A DNA stretch of 50,898 nt from a virus. Its lineage: Duplodnaviria; Caudoviricetes. Below the pieces are notes generated by a model. It was given only the letters and a program-made list of their open reading frames with translations, made no database searches and was not told the DNA's origin. A program made the translations under genes and the position numbers. The DNA lies in the IMG/VR virus record IMGVR_UViG_3300030372_003784, positions 1 through 50,898 of that record; one strand, 5' to 3'. Of this stretch, positions 37,924 to 45,850 are shown in pieces. How positions within the stretch are numbered: position 1 is the first letter of the stretch; each line of letters starts with the position of its first letter.

Positions 37924-38100
37924 TTATCTCTCCAGCTTAATTCCATGCCTCGTTTTGTAAACTCTTACTTTCTTACGGGCTCTCATCCTACGCCTGTCAT
38001 CCCATGCCCACAATTTCTTCAAGCCTCTCACAGCTAGAAGGGATAAGGCTACCGATACAAGTAGCCACGTTGCTAGTATCATCGTTGTTATATCTATCAT
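37924..38100 (-). CDS. small membrane protein (58 aa, not in the ORF track)
   Basis: MIDITTMILATWLLVSVALSLLAVRGLKKLWAWDDRRRMRARKKVRVYKTRHGIKLER*; AGGAG 7 nt upstream; one TM helix and a basic tail. Confidence 0.6.
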   Translation of the reverse strand: MIDITTMILATWLLVSVALSLLAVRGLKKLWAWDDRRRMRARKKVRVYKTRHGIKLER

Positions 38101-38124
38101 TTGTTTTCTCCTACCCTAGATAAT

Positions 38125-38167
38125 AAAAAAGGCATCATGCTACAGGGTACAGGTAACATGATGCCTT
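38125..38167 (-). terminator. intrinsic terminator
   Basis: AAGGCATCATGTTAC-loop-GTAGCATGATGCCTT followed by TTTT on the minus strand. Confidence 0.8.
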
Positions 38168-38181
38168 GTTAGGTTTGTTGT

Positions 38182-38421
38182 TTACTTCTTAGCGTATGGG
38201 ATCTTTAACGACTCTTCAGGTATATAACTAACTAACTCGTCAATTAAATCCATAGCTGCTCTGAAGTCTTCAGCCGTCATCTCTGACCCACTGTCTTCAG
38301 AATCTTCTACTCTCTTAGCGAAATACCAGAAGGCATAGTTCACCTTGTCATCAAGGTCTTTCAACGGTTCCTCTGATCCTTCGTTTGGAAAGAAGGTATT
38401 ACTATATTGTGCTGTTTTCAT
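38182..38421 (-). CDS. hypothetical protein
   Basis: 79-aa acidic ORF with AAAGGAACAA leader. Confidence 0.65.
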   Translation of the reverse strand: MKTAQYSNTFFPNEGSEEPLKDLDDKVNYAFWYFAKRVEDSEDSGSEMTAEDFRAAMDLIDELVSYIPEESLKIPYAKK

Positions 38422-38435
38422 TTGTTCCTTTCTTT

Positions 38436-38792
38436 TTAATAATCATCTACATAACAGAACACTTTATTGTTACATACAATCCTAGTGCCTGCTTCCATTG
38501 ATTCCCAATAGCCAGAGGCCGAATCATAGCCCTTTGTATAAGCTTTGATAGATGCAAGGGCAATACCACAGGATACTCTATCGAGATCCTTAGCTTCATG
38601 CTCCCACAGAGTCGGACGTGGCTCGTCTTTGTCTTCTTTCCCATACCAGATGATAAGCTTACGGTTATCACCCCACTTCTCATAGTTACCTATGTAGCCG
38701 AACGATAAACCGTCAGCTTTATCAACGGCTTTTCTTATGTGCTTTTCAAGCACCCATTGAAGTTCTAATTCTTCTCTTTCTTCTCCATCCAT
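38436..38792 (-). CDS. hypothetical protein
   Basis: Start set at ATG 38792, one base after the upstream stop. Confidence 0.65.
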   Translation of the reverse strand: MDGEEREELELQWVLEKHIRKAVDKADGLSFGYIGNYEKWGDNRKLIIWYGKEDKDEPRPTLWEHEAKDLDRVSCGIALASIKAYTKGYDSASGYWESMEAGTRIVCNNKVFCYVDDY

Positions 38793-38793
38793 A

Positions 38794-38988
38794 TCACTTC
38801 TTTGGTTTTGCCATTGCTCTCTCCCCTGCTTCAAGCACCCTCGCTATTGCTAACCCCAAGTTGTTGAAGTTAGTGATCGGCTTTACTTCACCATCTCGTT
38901 TCTCTTTTGCACACCTATCAAAGTGAGCTTGACCCTTCTTAGTAATCAGGTCAGTCACACTTCGCTTGTTTCCATCTGGGTAGTTCAT
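38794..38988 (-). CDS. hypothetical protein
   Basis: ATGA overlap, GGAGG upstream. Confidence 0.6.
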   Translation of the reverse strand: MNYPDGNKRSVTDLITKKGQAHFDRCAKEKRDGEVKPITNFNNLGLAIARVLEAGERAMAKPKK

Positions 38989-39167
38989 GAGTTACCTCCA
39001 TTCATCTTCTTAGACGCTTCTATGTCTATCGGAAATGGTAACCCATATCTATCGATAGCATTGACAGGCTTGCCAGACCAACAGATGTCAGTCGGACGTT
39101 TAGCCTCTTCCTTGTTGATAGCCTGCAACACAGGTGCAGGTATCTTACGGTATACTTCTTGTTTCAT
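38985..39167 (-). CDS. hypothetical protein
   Basis: GAAAGTAAAATG leader. Confidence 0.6.
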   Translation of the reverse strand: MKQEVYRKIPAPVLQAINKEEAKRPTDICWSGKPVNAIDRYGLPFPIDIEASKKMNGGNS

Positions 39168-39272
39168 TTTACTTTCTTTTGTTATTCAATAATAGCGTTT
39201 TGCTATCCAGTTACATCAGTATAACTGGCACTCATCCACACCAAGGCACGTCCCTGAGTGAACGAGGGTCAG

Positions 39273-39494
39273 TCATACTAACTCACGAATCTCATCTAAT
39301 GTGAACATCTTCACTTCATCCAACACAGTATCATCAATCATCAAGTTTTTGTTCATACGGTCTTGTATCAACAAATGAATCTTGATCAAGTCATACCTCT
39401 CTTCTTTAGGTAAATCCCAAGAACAACAGTCCTTTAGATAATCCTTACGGATACTTAACTTTGTTGCATCACCAACATTTGTATATTCTATCAT
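39273..39494 (-). CDS. hypothetical protein
   Basis: GAAAGTAAAATG leader; first gene after the long structured tract. Confidence 0.6.
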   Translation of the reverse strand: MIEYTNVGDATKLSIRKDYLKDCCSWDLPKEERYDLIKIHLLIQDRMNKNLMIDDTVLDEVKMFTLDEIRELV

Positions 39495-39986
39495 TTTACT
39501 TTCTTATGCTTTCACCAGATGCATTAATCACCTCGACTAATACACCTGTCGAAAGCATGACACCCTTACGGATGCCATGCTCGTGAACATCATGCTTTCA
39601 TGTCGTGCTACATATTACATGATGCAGGTTGCACGTTACAAAAGATCACAAAACAGATTCTTTCTCCTAGTTACTTGTTAAGGTAACAGACTCAGGCAGA
39701 GCATAGATCATTCCTAGTTATTCCTGCTATTGATTGTCAGACAAATGACGGCAGACCGTAGAACAAAATAGCTTCACACTCCACTCCAGTTGTATGCTGG
39801 CATGGGTTTAGCTCAGGTCATTTCGGGCAGTCTATCGACTTGATAAACTGTATGGGATGGACTTGTCAAAAGTCCAATATCGCTTGAAATGGTATAGCTT
39901 GAAGTGTCGTAACATTCCAAGTCTATAGAGCATTTGATTCTGTTAATACAAGCTAGAATCTCATAGCCATTATTGATAATCAATTA

Positions 39987-40086
39987 TAGTGACGTATCAC
40001 TAATTGAATAATGGCACTGGTAGGATATTGACGTATCAATATATGATTAAGGATTGCGAGATTAGATATTGACGTATCAATATCTA
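39987..40086. repeat. three palindromes with identical core TGACGTATCA
   Basis: Cores at 39990, 40029 and 40070 (spacing 39 and 41), each extended by self-complementary flanks. Confidence 0.9.
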
Positions 40087-40100
40087 GATCTAGTCACCTA

Positions 40101-40150
40101 TTACCAGACATCAAATTCAATTAACTAGGGTTGAATTTGATGTCTGGTAA
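40101..40150. repeat. perfect 20-bp inverted repeat; one arm recurs at 40510-40528
   Basis: TTACCAGACATCAAATTCAA-N10-TTGAATTTGATGTCTGGTAA. Confidence 0.9.
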
Positions 40151-40155
40151 CAAAT

Positions 40156-40192
40156 AAAAAGGGGGTAGAAGCTATTAAACTCCTACCCCCTT
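40156..40192 (-). terminator. intrinsic terminator after 40201-40563
   Basis: AAGGGGGTAGGAG-loop-CTTCTACCCCCTT followed by TTTATT on the minus strand. Confidence 0.8.
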
Positions 40193-40200
40193 AATTTGTT

Positions 40201-40563
40201 TTAGTCCATTAATGACTGTATAACTTCAATAGCATTTTCTAAGTTATTAGGCTTAGAAAGCTCAAACCATTTCTCATAACGAGCCTTGTATTTGATAGCC
40301 ATTTCCAATTCCTTGCCTTCTAATTCCCATTCAGTTTTAGCTTTAAACTTCAACTTTCCATGTCCTTCTGTAACTGTGGTTTTTGTATATTTATCTGCTA
40401 CTTCTATTCTTACAGTAATGCCAAGTTTCACACACTCTTTATGAGCATTTGCTTTCTGAACATTTACTTTCTGTTTAGCTTTCTCAATATTAATTAACTT
40501 TGTAAGGTCAATTGAATTTGATGTCTGGGCTTCTACTACTACTTCGTTTTCTAATGTTTCCAT
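40201..40563 (-). CDS. hypothetical protein, first gene of the leftward early arm
   Basis: 120-aa ORF with its own promoter candidate and terminator. Confidence 0.7.
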   Translation of the reverse strand: METLENEVVVEAQTSNSIDLTKLINIEKAKQKVNVQKANAHKECVKLGITVRIEVADKYTKTTVTEGHGKLKFKAKTEWELEGKELEMAIKYKARYEKWFELSKPNNLENAIEVIQSLMD

Positions 40564-40627
40564 TTTACTATTTTCTAGGTTTATTTTGTTTATTATATGA
40601 ACTACTTAGATTTCATTCACTGCAATC

Positions 40628-40655
40628 AATATACACTATGTTTACTTATTGTCTA
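40628..40655 (-). promoter_or_regulatory. putative leftward early promoter
   Basis: Minus strand TAGACA-N16-TATATT; same -35 hexamer as the candidate at 10590. Confidence 0.4.
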
Positions 40656-40842
40656 GTTCTTTAGGTTTATAAGGGTAATATTGATAATATCTATTAACCC
40701 TATTTTTAAAGGCTAATTTGCATCATGAAACGTGCTGAATGTTACATAAGTCCTTGATCCTGAAGCAGTTGACACGCCACCCCTACACCCCCTATTTTTT
40801 TAGACACGCTCCGTATACATATATACACGTGTATGAAAAAAT

Positions 40843-40871
40843 TTGACACTTTTAAATGATGTGGGCATCAT
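40843..40871 (+). promoter_or_regulatory. putative rightward promoter
   Basis: TTGACA-N17-CATCAT ending 5 nt before ATG 40877. Confidence 0.4.
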
Positions 40872-40876
40872 GTTGC

Positions 40877-41143
40877 ATGGATAAACTTAAAAAGAAGGAG
40901 TATTACATTAAAAACAGGGACAAAAGATTAACGTATCAGAAGGAATATTATAAGATTAACAGGAAGTTAATAGAGCGCAGAAAGGAGCTCAAGCGAGCAG
41001 AAGACCCAAATTGGGCAGAGAGACAACGGCAATACAACAAAAATTACTACTCTAGAAACAAAGATCGGATAAAAAAGCAAAGATCTGAATTTAAAAGGAG
41101 CAAAAATGCACTTTCTAAAAAGTCGGATGCAAAAAAGACTTAA
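40877..41143 (+). CDS. basic helical hypothetical protein
   Basis: Repeated KEYY.KNR.K-type motif as in N-termini of phage HNH proteins, with no nuclease domain; start set at ATG 40877. Confidence 0.65.
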   Translation: MDKLKKKEYYIKNRDKRLTYQKEYYKINRKLIERRKELKRAEDPNWAERQRQYNKNYYSRNKDRIKKQRSEFKRSKNALSKKSDAKKT

Positions 41144-41239
41144 TGCGTTATTTGCGTAACAATAGTTCTTTTGAACAATAGTTTTGGATACAGTTTGGAT
41201 ACTTGTGCATTAGAATTAGACTGAAAAGTTTTTTAAAGA

Positions 41240-41280
41240 GCGTATGTTATTTATTCTGTTAACAGAAGAAAAGACATACG
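41240..41280. repeat. palindromic element, copy B
   Basis: GCGTATGTTATTTATTCTGTTAACAGAAGAAAAGACATACG; 35 of 41 identical to 14067-14107. Confidence 0.85.
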
Positions 41281-41351
41281 GCCTTTAGAAAAAAGTTTAT
41301 ATAGGGGGTAGCGTCAATGTCTTTTCTGTGTTAGCGTCATCCACGCAGAAA

Positions 41352-41825
41352 ATGACACTAGAAGAAAAAATAAACTCGCATGAAAAAAGAATCCCTATAC
41401 CACACACTTTGTTCTATGAGATAGATCAACATGGTTTTGTTTATAGGAAAGGTAAAAAGCTTAAACTTAGTAAACGTGGCCCGAAGTGGTATGCTCAAAT
41501 ATATGACAAAGATAAACGCAAACACGTTGTTAATTCAGAAGCCCTTGCTAGGCGGCTTTTTGGGGAAGAAGAATATATCCTCAAGCGTCAAGAGATTGAA
41601 GACAACTTTAATGTTCGTGTTATCCCTGATTTCCCTCGTTATATGATAACTCCATACGGAGCAGTTTATTGTGTTGATCCACCTAAACGTGGCAGGCGAG
41701 CAGGTGAGTGTTACCTGTTACGAATTAACCAAACAACTCGAAAGCCGACAGTGACTTTGTATTTGGCTGATGGGAGGAGAAGAACTCGTTATGTTGATAA
41801 GTTGGTGGAACAGGCTTGGGGTTAG
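41352..41825 (+). CDS. protein with two NUMOD4-like DNA-binding repeats, no HNH domain
   Basis: IP....YEIDQHGFVY and IPDFPRYMITPYGAVY...VTLY..DG..RT.YVDKLV..AW resemble NUMOD4. Confidence 0.55.
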   Translation: MTLEEKINSHEKRIPIPHTLFYEIDQHGFVYRKGKKLKLSKRGPKWYAQIYDKDKRKHVVNSEALARRLFGEEEYILKRQEIEDNFNVRVIPDFPRYMITPYGAVYCVDPPKRGRRAGECYLLRINQTTRKPTVTLYLADGRRRTRYVDKLVEQAWG

Positions 41826-41870
41826 CATTAGCCCTTGAAGCATTGGAAAAAAGCTTTAAATTTAACATAC

Positions 41871-44090
41871 ATGTCAACAGAATATTCACAGATAAACAAG
41901 CTAGATGGTTTAGGTAATTTGGAACCAGATGGCAAGGTTCCTGTTTCAAGGGTAAAAGACGTTGCCAGTGCTATATCTATTTACAAAGGTTTAAGGAAAG
42001 CCGATGAAGGATCTTCTGTTAACAGAGCTCGTGTCGATGCTATGTTTGACGGGGCTAGTCCATATAACCAGTCGCAGTTAAATACTAGTGGTCAGGGCTT
42101 AAAGACTAATTTGAATTTCGGGGAAGCCCAAAGATTACTCGACGTATCTTTATCTGCATACGTTGATTTATATTCTTCTTTGGAAACTCTGGTAGAAGTA
42201 AAAGGTACTGAGGGGGAGCCTTCTGAAATAAAAGCGCAAGAGGATATTGTTTCGGAGGAGATCACTCATATGCTTCGTAGTTGGCCTGAGTTCCATAGTA
42301 GCTATCTTCGCCTCTGCAACACATTCATTAAGCATGGCGTGGGTGTTTCGTACTTTGACACACCAGATGACTGGAGGTTCAGAGTCGGGGGTTTTGCCGA
42401 CATCCTGATACCTCGACAGTCACCTGCTTCAGAAGACATGATTGATGTTGCAGTAGGTCGGAGGCAGTATCATTTGCATGAATTATTTTCTTTTATTAAG
42501 AACCCTGACATCGCCAAGAAGGTTGGCTGGAATGTTGATGAGGTCAAGCGGGTAATTATGAAGTATGCGGATAGTAGTGGTAGGAGAAAGTCATATTCTT
42601 TGGAGGATGATTGGGAGACACTACAGCAAGAGTTTAAAAACAATGACATCCATGAAGGTTATCAAAACCCTACAGTATCCGTTTTACATTATTGGGTGCG
42701 TGAGTTTGATGGTTCGATATCTCATTACATTAGTTCTGAGACTTCTCCAAAAGATTTCATGTATCGTAAAGTATCTCGTTATGAGAAGCCAGAGCAGGCA
42801 TATATTTTATTTACGTATGGCGTTGGTTCTAATGGTACCTATCATTCTATTCGTGGTTTAGGGCACAGGATATTTAACCACATTCAAACCAGCAACAGGT
42901 TACGTTGTCAGATGGTTGATGGTGCAATGTTAGGGTCTGCTGTTATGATTCAGCCAGACAGTCAACGTGCTATGGATGAGTTAGGTTTCACTTACTATGG
43001 TGCCTATGCTGTATTGTCACCAGGCGTAAATATTATTGAGAAGGCTGTTCCTAATTTGAGTACTGCTGTTACTCCAGCGTTGCAGGATATAACGAATCAG
43101 TTAGCGCAGAACACTGATACAGTTAGCACTTACGGGCAACAGAGTTCACCATACAGGAATCAGATGCAAGTTGTTGCAGACATGGATGTGCAGACTCGCC
43201 TGTCGGGTGCAGCACTCAACCTGTTTTATGCATCATGGAACAGGTTACTTCGAGAGATTGTCAGGAGGATTGTTACTGGAGTTAAGCGGGACAAAGCGTT
43301 GAATGAGTTTTACGTACGTTGTGCTAAGAGGGGTGTATCGGAATCATTTATTAAGACTTTGGATTTGGCTAGAACAAAAGCCGTCCGATCTATTGGTAAT
43401 GGATCATATGCCAATAGGTTGGTTGCCCTTCGAGAGTTGCAGGCTATATCGGGTTCGTTTGATGAGGTTGGGCGTAAGAACCTTACTCGTGATATAGTTT
43501 CTACTCGTGTTGGGCATGATTTAGCGGATAGGTATATTCCACAGATGCAGCAGGAGAGGCCGACAGTTGATAATAAGATTGCGTTCTTTGAGAACCAGCA
43601 GATGATGTCTGGTATGCCTGTGCCTGTTGAGAGTAACGAGTTGCATGGTGCACATATGCAGATTCACATACCTGCGTTGATGCAGATTATTGAGCAATTG
43701 GACACTGGTACTGCTGATCCTGTGCAGGCGTTGCCTATAATTCAGTCCTTTTACCAGCATATTTCTGATACGTTGCAGATGTTGGCTGGAGATCCGACGC
43801 AAGAAAATTTGGTTTCTGAGGCAAAACAAGCTTTACAATATGCCGAAGAGATGATTAATAATACATCTAAGAAAGTACAGAAGATGCAACGAGAGCAAGC
43901 TGAACAGGAGGGAGCTCCACAAGGCGGTGTTAGTGAGTTGGATCTTAAAGTACAAGAGCACCAGATGAAGATGCAGATGGCACAGCAGAAAGCTGAAGTT
44001 GATATGAGTATCAAGCAGGCTAAGTTTGAGCAGGAGCAAGCGATTCGGGATGCTGAGAATGCTGCAAAGTTGCAGTCTTCTTTTAGTTAG
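41871..44090 (+). CDS. portal (head-tail connector) protein
   Basis: About 740 aa, helical, with a Gln-rich coiled-coil C-terminus like P22-type portals; heads a portal-small gene-scaffold-capsid order. Confidence 0.75.
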   Translation: MSTEYSQINKLDGLGNLEPDGKVPVSRVKDVASAISIYKGLRKADEGSSVNRARVDAMFDGASPYNQSQLNTSGQGLKTNLNFGEAQRLLDVSLSAYVDLYSSLETLVEVKGTEGEPSEIKAQEDIVSEEITHMLRSWPEFHSSYLRLCNTFIKHGVGVSYFDTPDDWRFRVGGFADILIPRQSPASEDMIDVAVGRRQYHLHELFSFIKNPDIAKKVGWNVDEVKRVIMKYADSSGRRKSYSLEDDWETLQQEFKNNDIHEGYQNPTVSVLHYWVREFDGSISHYISSETSPKDFMYRKVSRYEKPEQAYILFTYGVGSNGTYHSIRGLGHRIFNHIQTSNRLRCQMVDGAMLGSAVMIQPDSQRAMDELGFTYYGAYAVLSPGVNIIEKAVPNLSTAVTPALQDITNQLAQNTDTVSTYGQQSSPYRNQMQVVADMDVQTRLSGAALNLFYASWNRLLREIVRRIVTGVKRDKALNEFYVRCAKRGVSESFIKTLDLARTKAVRSIGNGSYANRLVALRELQAISGSFDEVGRKNLTRDIVSTRVGHDLADRYIPQMQQERPTVDNKIAFFENQQMMSGMPVPVESNELHGAHMQIHIPALMQIIEQLDTGTADPVQALPIIQSFYQHISDTLQMLAGDPTQENLVSEAKQALQYAEEMINNTSKKVQKMQREQAEQEGAPQGGVSELDLKVQEHQMKMQMAQQKAEVDMSIKQAKFEQEQAIRDAENAAKLQSSFS

Positions 44091-44095
44091 AATTT

Positions 44096-44398
44096 ATGCC
44101 TAAGAAAATAACTGTCCCCATTCCTTTGGAGTGGTGGTTTAATGATGCCGAAAAAATTGAGGAACTGCGAAATGTCTTGGAAACTGAGGCTTTCCAGACG
44201 GCGGTTGCAATCCTCAAAGATATTGCAGGACCCTCCTATGGATCAATCGGAGATAGTCATGATGCAAATAGCAGCAGACATGCCTGGCTCGCTGGTTACT
44301 GTGATGCTTTTACGGATTTACGAAAACTAACCAAAATAAAAGGAGAAACTCCTAATTTACAACCTGAAGAATGGACACACATACAGACACCGCAGTAG
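44096..44398 (+). CDS. small head-module protein
   Basis: 100-aa ORF between portal and scaffold. Confidence 0.65.
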   Translation: MPKKITVPIPLEWWFNDAEKIEELRNVLETEAFQTAVAILKDIAGPSYGSIGDSHDANSSRHAWLAGYCDAFTDLRKLTKIKGETPNLQPEEWTHIQTPQ

Positions 44399-45585
44399 CC
44401 ACTGAAGAGGCACCTAAGCCTGAAGCAGCCCTTGATGGGGTTGCAGAGAGTAATGAAAACCTAAGCTTCTCTGATGCCCTTGAGCAGGCATTGGGAGGGC
44501 TTGAATCGGGTAGCCTACCTGAGACAGTAGAGCAACCTGTTGAGCAAGAACCTGAGAAGCCTGTTGAAGAGAAAAATGTTGACGATGTTACTGAGGAGTT
44601 AAAATCGGAACCGACGGAAAATGATTCGACCGAGGATTCTAAAAAAGCCGACGTTGACCCTCTTGATGAGCTTACAGCGGATATAGGTGATGATTGGACA
44701 CCTAAAGCTGCTGATCGTTTTAAACAACTGAAGACTGAGTTGAAGACTAATCGTTCTGAGATGGATCAGCTTCGTCAGACGGTTAAAGAGCAGGAGCAGA
44801 AGATGAAAGAGATGTCTGGTTTAGTGGATAACCAAGACATTGATCAATTAAAAGAGACCTTGGCTATGTATGAGCATGAGAAATCTTTTAGTGATTTGGA
44901 GTCTACTCAAGCATACCAAGAAGCTGTAACTGAGCCTTTAGGTGCTCTTTTAAATGGTGTTAATGAGATAGGTGAAAAGTATGATGTTGATACTGATAAG
45001 CTGCTAGATATTATTTCAATGGAGGGTGCAGATGAGCAAGATGCGGCTATTCTTGAGAATTTAACAGACATGGGGGACAGGGATAAAGCTAAGTTATATA
45101 GGATTATTGATGAGCTTGACCCTATCATGAGGCGTAGGGATGAGTTACATGAGTATGCCGCTGACGCTTTAAATGAGGCTAGGATGCTTGAAGAAGAAAA
45201 GAGTAACGCTAAGATGGCTGAAGATGCTGCTATGCGGGCTAATGTAACCCGTAATGTGATTACAAAAGTAAAAGAAAAATTACCATTCCTTAATGGGATT
45301 GAAAATGTGAACATGTCTGATATTGAGGCTAAAGCTTCTGAGTTAAGACCTGATGTGATTCACCCTGTAGATTTTGCTTATAATTCTGTTGCTGCTCAGA
45401 TTTTACCTACAATTGTGAAGGAGTACATAACATCACGTAAAGAGGCTGAGACTTTGATGAATAAGCTAGCTGAGTATGAGGAAGCGGAGCCTACGTTATC
45501 TGGTTCACCAAAATCTGACTCTGGTTCTCCTATATCTTCTGATATGTCCTTTGAGCAGGCTATTTCTGCTGCTTTAGGTTCTTGA
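44371..45585 (+). CDS. putative capsid scaffolding protein
   Basis: Very acidic disordered N-terminus, long coiled coils, position between portal and capsid. Confidence 0.7.
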   Translation: MDTHTDTAVATEEAPKPEAALDGVAESNENLSFSDALEQALGGLESGSLPETVEQPVEQEPEKPVEEKNVDDVTEELKSEPTENDSTEDSKKADVDPLDELTADIGDDWTPKAADRFKQLKTELKTNRSEMDQLRQTVKEQEQKMKEMSGLVDNQDIDQLKETLAMYEHEKSFSDLESTQAYQEAVTEPLGALLNGVNEIGEKYDVDTDKLLDIISMEGADEQDAAILENLTDMGDRDKAKLYRIIDELDPIMRRRDELHEYAADALNEARMLEEEKSNAKMAEDAAMRANVTRNVITKVKEKLPFLNGIENVNMSDIEAKASELRPDVIHPVDFAYNSVAAQILPTIVKEYITSRKEAETLMNKLAEYEEAEPTLSGSPKSDSGSPISSDMSFEQAISAALGS

Positions 45586-45615
45586 TTTTTATAACAACTT
45601 GAATATAATATAATT

Positions 45616-45816
45616 ATGAAAAATAAATTAATGTGTTTGGTGGCGTTGCTTTTCGTTTGTTGTGCTAATATCTCTTGTGAGAATATAAATGCTGAAGCAG
45701 GTGTTCCTGTTCCGTTTACATCTGGTGTTAATGGTGCTCCTGTACGTGTTGCCCTTGATGTGCATGCAAAGCTTTTACCACCAAAGTTTTGTATTGGTTT
45801 AGATGTTAAAGAGTAG
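45616..45816 (+). CDS. small secreted or lipoprotein-like protein
   Basis: Basic-hydrophobic signal peptide with several Cys residues. Confidence 0.55.
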   Translation: MKNKLMCLVALLFVCCANISCENINAEAGVPVPFTSGVNGAPVRVALDVHAKLLPPKFCIGLDVKE

Positions 45817-45850
45817 GCACTTGCAGTGCTAATAAATTCTGGTATTTTAT

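Larger units (their letters stand above)
39495..40150 (-). ncRNA. candidate long structured non-coding RNA or regulatory leader
   Basis: No ORF of 60 aa or more; at least ten hairpins, four with UACG loops and one with a GUAA loop on the minus strand; G-U pairs favour the minus strand. Confidence 0.55.

Noticed and set aside
39495-39960. tRNA, tmRNA, RNase P RNA or group II intron
   Set aside because: No T-loop GGTTCGA/CCA end, no GAGGAAAGUCC and no convincing domain V by eye; an Rfam scan is still needed.
39987-40086. CRISPR array
   Set aside because: The shared core is only 10-18 nt, too short for a CRISPR repeat.
4637-41870. Longest-ORF starts from the track (4693, 8695, 31433, 32665, 35977, 38834, 40856, 41328, 41835)
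   Set aside because: Downstream ATGs give stop/start overlaps or stereotyped leaders and avoid long overlaps, so starts were moved.
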